A program made the translations under genes and the position numbers. DNA of 64,000 nt from the human T2T-CHM13v2.0 reference genome, Homo sapiens, in the NCBI RefSeq assembly GCF_009914755.1, contig NC_060931.1; one strand, given 5' to 3'. This document shows, piece after piece, positions 13,543 to 26,858 of the stretch (position 1 is the first letter of the stretch; each line of letters opens with the position of its first letter). Below the pieces are notes generated by a model. The model worked only from the letters and a program-made list of their open reading frames with translations. It was not told the origin of the DNA and ran no database searches.

Positions 13543-16079
13543 TTCCCAGATTATTTTATAGTAAGAAATGCTAGTTAATAATATACATCACCACACTTAG
13601 ATTTTTTTTTTCTTTTTCCAAGCATTAGTTTCTGTGATATCATCTTGGAGTCTTACAACATTTATGACAAATGCTAAGTGAATAACGATAAAATGTTACC
13701 CTGCAAATATTTAGGTATATATTTTAAAATATAACATCTTCTTAGCAAGGCTCTAGAACTAGGACATTCTTGGAGACATAGAGAGTAAAATATGAGGCTG
13801 ACATTTGGCTGAAAATGATGGCTTGTTCTGCTTGAGATGAGTGATAGGCACTTAGTATATAACCTATGCTTCACTCCAGACAGGGCATTGCCATTATTTA
13901 TATTTTGCTCACTGGAGTCTTTAAATTGATTGTGAAAGGTTAAAAGACCATTTTAACTTATCTGTAGGGATATACTTTTGGTTGGTGCTGTTCATTTTCC
14001 ATTCTCTACTGAGATTCTAAATTCTCTCAGTGGGTACCTTATCTTATTATCTCATTGAGTCTAACAAATCCTGGAGAGTTAATCAATAGTACCTGTGGGA
14101 TATTTTTTACACCTTTAGTAAATCTCTGAAGGGTGATATGATACTAGAGATGAGAAAAATGTTCTCTTAGGTCATGTGTATGTGCTATTTGGGTGCACAA
14201 AACTCTCATTTTAAAATGAATTATACTTGCTCGTCTTTTTTTAGATCAGCAGAGGTAAACATATTTTCTGTCACACTGTTTTGAGTGTGCTATTCTGATC
14301 TAAGTTAAAAAAATAGAAATGCATTGATACATTTTTAGGACTTATCTGGTATATTCAATAAATGAAGTGATGTGATAAAATTTAAGTTATTTAAATGCTA
14401 TTTGTATTTTTATTCTTTTTAATGGGTGTGTATTATAGGTCTACAATAAATTTAGTTGTTATGGTTTTAAATAAAAATTAGTGTTTCACTTTTGCATAAT
14501 ATGATATGCTTTTAGAGTTTAGAATAATAGGCTATTTCATATTACTGCAGATTTAACCTTGAGAGGCACCCATTCCTAGGCTCCATTTCATGTATGAGGC
14601 CTCAGCTCAGACAAGTTAAGCAATTTGCTTGAGTCCACAGTACGTGACAGAGCTAGAGCTTAAACTTCTGATTCTAAAAACAATTTCTTCACTCCGAATC
14701 ATTGTACCTGTATTTATTGAAACAAACAAGTACGCTTTTTTGTTCTAGTTGAAAAATCCTTCATCTATGAAAAGCTATTAAAAATTCCAGCTTACTTATC
14801 AGTGCCAGGCAGCACTACTAAGAGTTAAAAACTAAAAAAATTGCAAGCAATATTTAATAATTGAAGTTAAACATATGAGGCAGCAACGTTTGTTTAAGAA
14901 TTATATCTCTAAATACTCAATATTGCGCCCTAGTTTCTTCTAAGTTATTCCATTTCACACGTAAAAGATAAACATGAATAAACTAAAAGTAAAGTTCTAT
15001 AGGCCGAGGAACTATTTTTATAGCTCTGTCTCCAAGAAGCAAAGTAGTGCCTAGCACATAATAGGCTCTTTACATGTCTACTGAGTGAATGAAATAATTA
15101 ACAGCTTTTGAACAGTCAACCTATGAGAATAATTTATACAAGAATCTCAGTTTCCCACAAAATTTGTAATAAGACCCTTTGAGAGGACTTTTTTGAAATG
15201 ACTATTTGAATGGCTTTATTTTGAATGACTATTTGAAATGACTCATTGAAGGGTGATTTGGGCCATAGAATAAAGGCTTCATGCTCAACAAATTTAAATC
15301 ATGGATTAATTTAAAAATAAATGTTATTGAAATAAATGGATGGATAATGCAGACTTGGGAATCTGTCAACAATCAACTTATTTGGTATGATATTTTCTGT
15401 AAGTTTTACTGAGGCATACCTTTGGTTTTAATTGACGTTTCTTAAATGGTTTATAACCAAGCTACAAAGACCAATAGAGGACTCTTCTCTTGAGGGAAGG
15501 AAACGTTGCAATTCATTCAAACTTACAAAAATATACTATCTCACTTGATATTATCTTACTCGTAAACAATTATTTCCGATGCTCAAATATTTGGACCTTT
15601 AGAAATATCTATGATTTATATACTAATAATACCTTAAAATAATTCTGCCTTCATTTCTGAATTAAAATCGTTCCCAAACACATTTAGAAAGTCGTTTTGA
15701 CCATCTTTCGTGTGACATTTTTACAATTATTCTCAATTACATTTGAAGAGTGAGCTGTTGGCTCTATCAGATAATAGACACAAAGAATCATAGAATGTTG
15801 AATCTGAAACGAACCTCAGATAATCTGGTGAAGGCACTTTACTTTTATAAAAGAAACAGAATGAGATCCAGAAAGATGACGTGGCTTGGCCCAAGGTGAG
15901 AAAGTGAGCTACTAACAGAGTCAGGATTGGAGGCAAGTGCTCAACCCATTTTGCCCTGGAGGACCCAATCACTATAGAAATATGACCCATAAAAAGGGTA
16001 TTTTTTTCTCTTTTTCTTCTACCCATCTTAGATTCAGTGGCTGGTGCCCTAAAAATTTAGACTGACAAAAGCCAGGCCT

Positions 16080-16575
16080 CTTGACAACCTTGTTTCATTT
16101 TGCTGTGGCTCTTATAGGCAAAGTCTGTCCCCCAAGCCTCACTGGTCTCTTTCCTGTTACTGGGAGGCACCAGCATCCCCACACTGTGGGGCCTGTATGC
16201 GTTGTTTCTACTCCCTGGAATGCTCTTCTCACAACTACATTTGCATGGGTCACTCCCCCACCTCTTTCAAGACTTTTCTCAAATGCTATTTCGCAGTGTC
16301 ATTGTTTCTGACTACCGTGTTTAAAATTGCTCACTTCCCAGTCCCCTCTGCTCCTTTCTCAGCTTTTTTTTTTTTCCCCCATAGGGCTTATAACCTTTCA
16401 ATGTGCTAAACGATTTCCTTGTTTATTTTGTTTTTCAGTGTTTCTTTCCCCACTAACCTAACTAAAACATAAGCACCATGGACATGGACTTCTGTTTTGT
16501 TTGCTGATGTATCCCTAGTGCCTGGAACTAAGCCTGATTATATGCTAGATGTTCATATAAAATCTGTTGAATGAG
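16080..16575 (+). mobile_element. L2 3' fragment
   Basis: ctccctggaatgctcttc...gtatccctagtgcctggaac...tgttgaatgag. Confidence 0.65.
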
Positions 16576-16899
16576 CAAATGGATCCTCCAAGGAGAAAAT
16601 TGGGACAGAAATATCCACTTGAGAAAGAGCAGACGGATCTCGAAGCCCCAACTCCTAGCCCCAGATTCTTTTTTCTCTTGTGGATCTACTAAGCACAGCT
16701 GCCATGACATTGAAGGTTCCAGGTTATGCCACTTTCCACTTACCTTTCTGGCTCAGGTGTGCCACAGGCCTTTCCTGTAAGGCTCACAGCTAAATGAAAA
16801 AAGGTTGTCCAGATATCATTCAAGGTTCAAGGTTAACAGACCAGAGTTGCAGCAGAGGAGATAATTTGTAATTAACTTCCTAGTTTGTCTCTGAAACAT

Positions 16900-17495
16900 G
16901 CTCACTGGCCCTTGCCCAGACAACATTGGCTGACATTCATCTACTTCCTTGCTAATGGAACTCCTTTGGTTCCAGAGATGTGGCTATTATCTCAGGATAA
17001 GGCAGGGATGGACCTTATTTATTCTATTCCAGTCACACTACTGGCATTCTCCTTGCCAATGACTGATTCAGAAATAGGAACATGATGCGGGCCCATGAGA
17101 GGTGAGAGGCAAGTCAACTGAAGCAGCTGCCAGGAGGGTTCCCAGGCTTTTCAAAAGTGTACAAGGAGGTCGCACTCTCCTCCCCACACACCGCCCCCTG
17201 CTCCTGCTTTGGAACATTGGATGTTTTGTTTGAGGATGCGACTCTTGGAAGTGCAAGGTCATATTGTGTTCATAAGGGGACAAAGCCAAGGAACTAAGCC
17301 AACATTGTGAGGATGGCAGAAGGGAACGCCAGCGAGAAACTCTGTCCTTGATTACATTGTTGTTCACTCATTCATTCCACCCTTGAATCGGCTTATTGCC
17401 AAGCTCCTTACAATGTGAAATAATACATTTTCTTAATCATTTGAGACATTTTGAGTTGAAGTTTTCTTTTAGGTGAAGCCAAAATCATTCTCATG
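16900..17495 (+). mobile_element. Old MLT1 LTR
   Basis: MLT1J/K-like text ending ttgagttgaagttttctttta...agccaaaatcattc. Confidence 0.55.
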
Positions 17496-18244
17496 GACAG
17501 AAAACCCTCTAGCTCTACCCCATTTGGCTACCATTTTCTAATAAGTCGAGATATTATTCCCTTAGTCATGTTAATATTCACTGAAAATGCCAGCTAAAAA
17601 GATGGATTCCCAAGCGTGTGTGTGGGAGGGTCCCTTCCAGATTCAAACTTTCCTCTCCTACAATCTGTTCTCAGGAAGTTGCCAAACCCTGTGGCACCAA
17701 CCAAGCAGCTGGGGCATACAACCAAATTCCCTGTCTGCACAGAAGGTCCCACTTACTTTTTTTTTTTTTTTCCTGGGTGTTTAACACGTTGTTTTTGGTG
17801 TTTAACAAGTGGTAGCCTGAACATAGCTGAAGGAAAGTTTCCGATTCCTGGAGTCTGGAAGCAGGTATCCTACCCAGGAAAGCGATATGGGTCCCTTTTG
17901 GACTAATAGCTGTTTACTTCTCAAGTCCAGAGTCTGCACTGAGGACAGCAGGTTTTTCTGTGAGTTATATAAGCCATTTAAACCTCACATTCAAGGGCAC
18001 CATATAAAATGAAACAGGAGTCTTCGATATATAATTTTTCCTCATAAAATAGCCTCTAGAGGAAAAAGCAGCTGAAAAATTTGAGGGGCCTGATTTGTGG
18101 CTGCGTCATCCACGTGAACTTGTCCTTATGGAAAGGCTTTGCGTTTATGTGAAGTGTGCTGCAAAGTCTCCCAGCATTTCTAAATCTCTGCATGTGCTAT
18201 ACATATATGACTAATTTGGAAAACTACATTTAAGTCCTAGGTAG

Positions 18245-18810
18245 TGTGGAGGCTAAAGCAACTCCATCTTGGATGTTAATCTGCCATGCTGACTTCTTCT
18301 TATTATTTTTTAATATTTTAGAGATTGGGTCTCCCTGTGTTGTCCAGGCTAGTCTCAAACTCCTGGGCTTAAGTGATCCTCCCACCTCAGCCTCCCAAGA
18401 TGCTGGGATTACAGGCGTCAGCCACCTTGCCCTGCCTCACCATGTTGACTTCTGATTAACCTCAGTTCCAGGAATGCCTCTAAGATTTCTATTCTATCCC
18501 TTGTTCCTCGTGCAACAGCATGTACTACTTATTGTAATTCCTGCCCTTAGGTCAAAACAACTTTGATGTTAGTGTATGTACCATAAATTTAGCCCTTAAG
18601 CAATTGCTGTACATATCCCTTTCCCTATAGTATATAAGCCCTGAGTCTGGGGGATAGTGAGGCAGATCGTCGTATCTCACCGCTGCCCAAGTCTATGGCT
18701 GCTATTCATAAGTCTCTATTAAATGTTTATTTCTCATAAACTAGACTTGTCATTCTCTTTTTCCAGCCTCTCAGCTTCCTTTAACTTTGGGACCTGCTTA
18801 CCACAGAACA
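18245..18810 (+). mobile_element. Solo LTR (LTR47-like) with a nested Alu left monomer at 18298-18436 (minus strand)
   Basis: tgtggaggctaaagcaactccatcttgg...tataagccctgagtctgg...ccacagaaca. The monomer is flanked by the TSD ccatg(c/t)tgacttct. Confidence 0.8.
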
Positions 18811-18875
18811 AATAGAAAATGCAAATAATTAAGAGAGTACAAATCAGGGTGTAGCTGCATTAAGGATCTCATCCC

Positions 18876-19059
18876 CACAATATTTCATAAATAAACCATG
18901 CCTTTGGTATAAGTATTTTAACTTCTGGTTGGATCTTTTTAAATAGTGTCAATACTCTAGGGAAGGCACAATATTTCATAAATAAACCATGCCTTTGGTA
19001 TAAGTATTTTTACTCCTGGTTGGATCTTTTTAACTAGTGCCAATACTCTAGAGAAGGCA
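18876..19059. repeat. 91-bp tandem duplication (2 copies)
   Basis: cacaatatttcataaataaaccatg... starts at 18876 and 18967; 5 mismatches between copies. Confidence 0.97.
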
Positions 19060-20239
19060 TTATGAAACTAAAGTATTATCTGAATGAGTTTATCAGGTCT
19101 TTCCTTCCTCATCAAAAAGAAGACAGTATCTAAAATCAGGGTGGTGGTGGGTGTGGGTGAAATGAGGTCCTAAAGGGAAGTGGGCACATGGGAAGAGAGA
19201 TGCCTATTACTAGATCATTTTTCACATGTGGAAACTGAGGCTCAGATTGCAGCCTACCAAGCCTAAGGGGTCAAGCCTGGATGTGAGCTCACTTCTAGCT
19301 GACTCCAAAATCCATAAGATTATTCAGGACACCAAAGTCACATTGACATGAGGGTTTATTATGTTTAATGTTATCAAGCTGCCTACCTTTCCTCTGTAAT
19401 TTCTCTCTTAAAGGAATATACAACTAATATAATGTCATGAGCAAATTGTAATATAATTTTTAATATGAGAGGCATTATGACATGGTGGTTTATACTGCTA
19501 AGAAATATTGGACAAATTATCTGTTCTTCAGCTCCCTTCTCTGGAAAAACAAATGGGATAAAAATACTTATTTCCTTTTTTTTTTTTTTTTTTTGCGACT
19601 CAAATAAGTGCTTAAATACTTCCTGGCATTCAGAAAACATTCAATAAAGGTTTCTGTAGTTATTGGAGTTATTTGCTTCATTCATATTCTATAACTTTTT
19701 TTCCCAACTGATCATAATATCTTTATTTTTAAAGGCATTTTATTTTAATTTTTGGATTAGTTTTGTGTTTTTAAAAAGCATCATGTGTTTGTTTAAAATG
19801 ATAAAAAACAAAACTATTTAAATAAAAATTAAAGTACCCACTTTTGCCTTCAACAGCACCTCTCACTCAGATATTACTACTGCCCATATACAAATATACA
19901 TATTATATAGATATATTCAACATTAAATATTAATATAATAAATTATATATATATATTAGTGCTTTTCATTTCTTTTCTGGCTACTAGTGGCTCTGAAAAG
20001 TAACTTGAAACATTGTTTCTCTGACAAAAAACTAGCTGAAATGACACACCAAAGTGTAGAATATGTACACTTAGAGCACAGAGTGAAGTGCCTCAGTGTA
20101 CATCTATCCATTTGCAAACTGGATAGATGACAAGATAGGCATTTTTCAAACCAGCTGATGGTCACAAATAGTAATAAAATATTCCCAAACTGGCATGGGT
20201 TATATTCCAAAAACAGTGTAAACCAGCAAAAAATAAAAA

Positions 20240-21200
20240 TTGCAACTGCAAAACCTAGGTCAACCCTCTCCTCACCTTTCCTTCACTCCTCCATCTTCCC
20301 CATTCTCCACCCACACACATGTTAATCCAGGTGCGACCTACTTAAAATTAACTCCAAGGGCAAAGTCAGTGAGTGAGAAGGGCGGGGAGCCTGGAGTTGC
20401 TGGAATGGAGGAGGTGGGAAAGGAGGAGGCTGCCTGGGTTGCCTTGGCAATACAAAGGAGAATGTCAAGGGGGAGGGATTTATGCGCTGATGCTAATTGC
20501 ATTTGTTAATTACATTCTATTGTGCTGACCTGCCTGCTTCCCCGGTTTATCTTTCTGAGTCAATAAGCAGTTCCAAAAGCTTCCCTTAGCAGTGTGTCCC
20601 TCCTCATCTAATTTTATCCCTCTATCAGCTTCAGGCTCAGTTACCAGAGTGCTACCTTTGGCAAGGAACCGGGGAAGGCTGTGCTGAAACTGAGTGTGCG
20701 AGGTTTTAAAAATCCTGTAGAAAAATATATCCCTGTTGGAGCTTGCTGGAATATTGCTTTGCTGCTCAACCACAGCATGGATTTACAACCAAAGAAAGCT
20801 GCTGAAAAACCAGAGAAAATAAATCTGAAAGAAACTTCCCACAGTGAAAAGCAGGCTGCAAATGATTCACCAGGAAGAAAAATAAATAAATAAATACTGA
20901 GCAGTTTCGTCTGGTATCTAGCGTACCTTTGGTTGGAAAGGTGCCTGTACACAGGGCCTTGAGCTTTATTTTCTTGCCCCCCCTAGTGGGAGTTCTATTT
21001 AATTACAACAAGAGTCCCAGCTTCTGTGCACATCCGAATAAATACAATGATACCTACTGTAAATAATGCTGTCTTATAATCTCTCATCACTGACATGAAG
21101 TATTAGCTTACAGCACTGTTGCATGTGATAAAAATCAGCAAAGACATTGCGACGCATGTAGTTGTAATTGCTATGTGGATACTTTCTTAAATCTTACTAT
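20240..21200. promoter_or_regulatory. Candidate enhancer/promoter-like element
   Basis: No repeat recognised; locally G/C-richer. GC box gggcgggg 20380-20387, X-box-like gttgccttggcaat 20438-20451, AP-1 tgagtca 20556-20562. Confidence 0.4.
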
Positions 21201-22939
21201 AATTTTAAGTATTTAAAAGTAATACATAGAAATTCTGTGCTAAAGTAAGTTGTTCACAGCAATGCTTTTTGTTTCCAGTTATATTCATTCTTCCCTTTGG
21301 TTCCTCTTTACAAACAAAGTCTAAGAAATGGTAAAGTCTTTCTTCAGTCTATGCTTTCCTTAACGATTTTTATTCTCCTTGAATTAAACAATTGCTCTCA
21401 GGGTGGTTCTGTATCTATTAATTTTCCTAAGAATAAGACTTTGATTTTACCAAAAAAAAAAAAAAAAAAAAAAAACCTTTTGCATTTTAACAAAAAACCT
21501 CTTCTGAAGTTTCACCTGGTGTTTCTACATTTCTCAAGCACTGACTCATTTCATTGCTCAGAGCTCAAATTGGCTCCTTGAAGGCAATAAAAGGCAGGTC
21601 AGGCTGTCTCTAGGCTGTTCAGTGTCTATCATCCTGTTTTGCATTTGCTCATAAAGTGTGGCAGATTTATCCGGGTGGAAAATTTTTTCAATGGAAAAGT
21701 TTAGTCACTGTGCACATTGAAAGAACGTTTCCTGCAGAAATACAGACTCCTCATCATTCCTAGTCCTTAGGCTCACACTAGTGTTTTCTCCATTTATATG
21801 CATATGAAATTCCTTGGAATCATCAGTGGTGGTATGGGAAAAAGGAGAAAGAAAGAGGTTTTGGCTGGGATCCCTGATGATTTTGATGGATTTGCTATAT
21901 CTGTACCCTAGGCCCCTTGCCACATCTGTGATGCAAAAACCACACTAATTGTTTTGCCTTTGTACAGTGTCACAACACACAGCAATGCCAGGTGGATCAT
22001 CATGCTTGAATTGCAAAACATTTCCCATTAGACCTGAACACAGATCTGAAACTGCCTGGCTGCCATGTCTGTTTCCTTACTGAAACAAAATTTGGAGGTG
22101 TGGGAATCCTCAGTTGTGTTCCAAGTCCAGAAAACAGTTGAGAATTGTTCTCTAGATATGTATGTGTCTAAGGGATGTAAAAAGACTCTCCTTGGAGAGA
22201 GATCTGTTTTTGAACCACGTCTAAGCCTCAATTATCAGAAGGGTAGAGTAATTATGAGAAAAGCACGGAACAGTCTCTAGACTTGTATCTCATTCAGGGC
22301 CTCATGGATTTATGCCTCAATTTAAAAAAAGGTAGCCATGAATTTAAATAACATGAATAAATTATCAAACTCTTCTCTAAAAAATCTTCAGAACACTGGA
22401 ATACAAGGTGTTATTATTTCATGAGGTATAATTCAGGAGAAAGGAAGGAGCCCTCCCTCTTTTTCTGTATGTTACTCAACAGAGTGAGTCTACACAAAAT
22501 GTTTCACCCAACACTTCCAGAGCAGCAGTGGCATGGAGGTTGGCAGAGATTGGTGATGTTATTAAAGGGTAACAAATGGAAGTCTGTCTTGTTGAGAGTT
22601 TGGAAGACAGTGGCACGGTATCTACACATGACTGCTGGTGACAAATATTAAGAAAGCAATGGGTCAAAGAGGAGGAGACAAAACAGCCGACTTCATGATG
22701 GCTGATGAAAATGGCTCATGATCACACATGCAAATCCCTCAAGACCTCCAAAAAATAATGGAAGATAACTTTTCAGAGAATGAATATCCTGTATTAGTAA
22801 GTGAGGATAACAGCCGGTGTCATACAAATTGATTTGTGTTAATGTTAATTAATTGTACCGTGGGAGAACAGGAATGACAGATTCATGAGTTCTAAATTTG
22901 CATTTGCCTCTTGTCTGCAAACACATAATGGATACTTAT

Positions 22940-23484
22940 TGTGATGGTTAATATTGAGTATCAACCTGATTGGACGAAAGGATGCAAAGTATTGTTCCTG
23001 GGTGTGTCTGAGGGTATTGCCAAAGGACATAACATTTGAGTCAGTGGACTGGGAAAGGCAGACTCACCCTCAATCTGGGCGGGCACAATCTGATTAGCTG
23101 CTAGTGCAGCTGTAATAAAAGCAGGCATAAGAATATAGAAGTAGTAGACTGGATGAGTCTTCTGGCCTCCATCTTCTACCAGGTTAGATGCTTCCTGCCA
23201 TCAAATATCAGACTGCAAGTTCTTCAACTTTTGGACTCTTGGACTTACACCAGTGATTTGCCAGGGGCTCTCGGGCTTTAGGCCACAGACTTAAGACTTC
23301 ACTGTCAGCTTCCCTACTTTTGAGGTTTTGGGAGTCGGACTGGCATCCTGGCTCCTCGGTGTCCAGACAGCCTATTGTGGTACTTCACCTTGTGACTGTG
23401 TGAGTCAATTCTCCTAATAAACTCCTCTTCATATATTGATCTATCCTATTAGTTCTGTCCCTTTAGAGAAACCTGACTAATACA
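22940..23484 (+). mobile_element. MLT2A (HERVL) solo LTR
   Basis: tgtgatggttaatattgagt...gagaaacctgactaataca, with perfect 5-bp TSD cttat (22935-22939 / 23485-23489). Confidence 0.93.
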
Positions 23485-23559
23485 CTTATTTAGTCTCAAT
23501 TCTGCTCTAGAAAGTTTGTAAGAAGCTGATAAGGTTGCAGTAAATTTGACAGACTTGGT

Positions 23560-24965
23560 CCTTAAGGATGGTAAACAAATGCTGCTATCAATAAGATAGG
23601 TTAATTATAAATTGGATAGAGATACAAATTTAAGGTACATAAAAACACATTTTGGAGGAAACCTACGCAAGACTCAGGAGGTGGGATGGAAGTCAGGCAG
23701 GGAAAGCTTCACTGACAAAATAACTTTCAGTTGAGATTTGATGGGATAACAGAATGAGGAAGACTTAGCTAAAAGGAGTGTGAGTTAAGAGATCACTAAA
23801 GGCAGAAGAAACAACATCTATGAAGACACTGAGTGAGGGAGTTACATGACTCATTCAAAAGAGAGCAGAAGGATGGTGCTGACTGACATGATGAATGTAG
23901 GCAGGTCCAGATAACATAGAACATGCTATAAATTTAAAACTCATTGCAAAATAGTGAGGTGCTCATGCTAAGTGTGTTTCCATAGATATTCAAACCATTT
24001 ATTCTTGCAAATATTTATTCTGAAAGTACCACGTGCCAGGCTAGATACTATGGCTACTATAGCAAACAAGACAGAAAGATGAGATCTCTGCCTTCATAGA
24101 GTTTACACTGCAAAGGGCTGGGCTGGGAAGAGTTAATGCTGGTAAAGAAAGAAATAAAGCTGTAATATAAATACAATGTAAATATTAATTTTATCAATAT
24201 TCATTAATAGAATAATGAAATAAATAGGGCGATGTTACAGAGAGAAACGGAGTGGAGGGGGTTACTTTAGATAGGATGGTCAGGAAATGCCTCGCTGCGG
24301 AAACGTTTGAGCTGAGACATGAAATAGAGCAGGAGCCAGTCACCAGGAGAGAAGCGAACCCCATGATCCTGAGAGGTACAACAGCTTGACTTCTTCAATA
24401 GCAGAAGGAAGGCTTATGTGGCTCAAGAATAGTGAATGGTGGTAATAGTGAGTTACTAAGAAGTGGGCCATAGAGAAAATTATGGCATTTATTTCAACAG
24501 CAATGGAAGTCACTGATATATGGAGGAAAAATGTTGTTGCTGTTGTTTTTCTTACTATTGTCAAATATTTCTCCACTGCTGACAGAGTGTAGATCAAAAA
24601 GGAGAAAGAATCAAAGCAGAGAGACCAATCTAAAGGTTATTGTATTAATCTAGGAGTATAAAATTATAGCAAAGATTAGTGGTAGTGAAGACAGGGAAAC
24701 ATAGATGCATTCTAGCTATCTTTTGAGTATTAGAAGTGACATAAGTTGTTGGTGGATTGAGTTATGGGTAAGAATAGAAAAAAGTTACAATTAAGTGATT
24801 ATTAAGTTGATAATGGAACCATTTCCTGAGATAGGAAAAATTAAGGAAAATAGTAAAATCTCTGATTTAGATATATTAAGCATCATCAGTTTTAGATATT
24901 TGGTGAAAATTTAGGAGCAGTTGAATGTGAATCTGGAGCTCAAGAGGAGGATAAGAGTCTAGAGT
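23560..24965 (-). mobile_element. L2 fragments
   Basis: Purine-rich antisense L2 text (caaatatttatt...tgccaggc, tttgagctgagacatgaa, gtctggagctcaagagg). Confidence 0.6.
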
Positions 24966-25510
24966 CATGAACAGATTTATAAACTAGTTGTCCGTGGGGA
25001 AAATCTGGCTCATAGATATGTCCCACTGGGCTATATAATATGTTGCTGTGTTTTTAATTTTTAAATAGTCATCAACTTTTATAAATCAGGAGAATTCATA
25101 TTAAAATGAGATCTGATACTAATATAGCAGCTCTGCATTTTCACATGACCTCAAGTCACCTGGAGCTCAGTGAGGCCTGTGCCTCTTCCATAGGGCTTAT
25201 ATCCTTGCACTTGTTGTATTCACCACACTTCATTGTCTCCTCCACAATGAGGCTGAGTATCAGCTACTATAGATGAAATTTTTTTATAGTAGAGAAATAT
25301 TTGTTTACTCATGTCGCAAGAGGGTAAACAAATAGGAGAAAAATAGGGAAAAATAGATGAAGCCTGAAGGCCCAATTTCTCTTGTGTCCAACCTGTATCA
25401 TAGACATAAGTGAGAAGAGGGCTCATAATACAGTTTAAGATCCTGATGCTTATAAATGGTGTGACTCTTCCTGGGGTCTACTTCACTGTGATGAATAGCC
25501 AAATCCTTTT

Positions 25511-25820
25511 TTTTTTAAAGTATTATGTATTTTACAGAGTCTCTCTCTGTTATCCTTGCTAGAGTGCAGTGGTGGCATCATATTCCACTGCAGCCTTGAA
25601 CTCCTGGGCTCGAGCCATCCTCCTACCTTAACCTCCCAAGTAGCTGAGAGTATAGGTGCACACCATCATGCCCCGCTAATTTTTTTTATTTGCTATTTTT
25701 TGTAGAGATGGTATCTCACTATCTTGTCCAGACTGTTCTTGAACTCCTGGCCTCAAGGAATCCTCCCACCTCAGCCTCTCAAAGTACTCGGAATACAGGT
25801 GTGAGTCACCGTGCCTGGCC
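25511..25820 (-). mobile_element. AluJ
   Basis: Full dimer with J-type cactgcagccttgaactcctgggctc; TSD aaatcctttt on both sides. Confidence 0.92.
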
Positions 25821-26409
25821 AAATCCTTTTAGAAAGGGAGCAAGCAGAGAATGAGAGGAGAAAGTCAGAGGAACAGATGCCAAGAAGATGATACAAAGGA
25901 TAGGGGATGAAAAGTGATATTGAGATTACTCCAGAATAGATGGAAAATAATGAGGTTAAAAACAAACAAACACAGAAAGCAAACTGTCCCTCAACATCGA
26001 GTTCACAATATTGAAGAATGACCACAGTAGGATTTTTCCATGGTAACTAAGCTCCCTATAGAGGTCATGCTATTATGGCTCTAAACTCACGGCAATTTTA
26101 GAAAAACAAGTCTTCTGTTTTCTGACTTCATGAAGGAATGTGGTGGTCTAGTTAATCAACTATTCTAAGGAATAGTGGTGATATAAGTCCCATTGATATA
26201 CCACATATACCTCAAATGTATTTCCACACTTCAAACTTATGGACAGCATGACTGCTCTCATGCAGAGATGGTAGTTGCCTTCATGACTTGGCCAAAATAA
26301 AGTGTAAATATTCTATCTTTCAGTATCAGACAAACAAAATTTCAGCATCTGAGAGTAATTATACAACTATCAATCTTCAGTGTAACAAGAGTGCAATTTT
26401 CAAGTGAAT

Positions 26410-26858
26410 AGATATTTCCAGACCCTTGAACCCACATAGTCCTTATGACTGTTTTTGACCAATAGAAAGACTCCAGTGGAGATGATGCTACGAATTCTGG
26501 AAAGAACAACCCTTAACTGAGCTCGACTGCTCCTCTCTTTTGAAACCACATAAGAAGAGTGACTACTCTGAGATCACCATGCTGTGAGAAGCCACATAGA
26601 GAAGGCATAAAGGATGTGAAGCCAGGTAGAGAGAGAAAGAGAACCTAAGGGGCCCTGGGACACCACACATTGAGTCCAGAAGCGTATTAAAGCTGGAGCC
26701 TTTGGTCCCAGCTGTCTTAGCTGACACCACAAGTGTAATCTGAGTCACACCCTCCAGCAGAGACTTTCCAAATTCTTGATGCACAAAATTGTGCAAAAAG
26801 ATTTAAGCCGCTAATTTGGGGGTAGTTTGTTGTTATGTGGCAATTGATAACCAAAACA
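26410..26858 (+). mobile_element. MLT1 LTR
   Basis: caccatgctgtgagaagcc...tttgggggtagtttgttgttatgtggcaattgataaccaaaaca. Confidence 0.7.
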
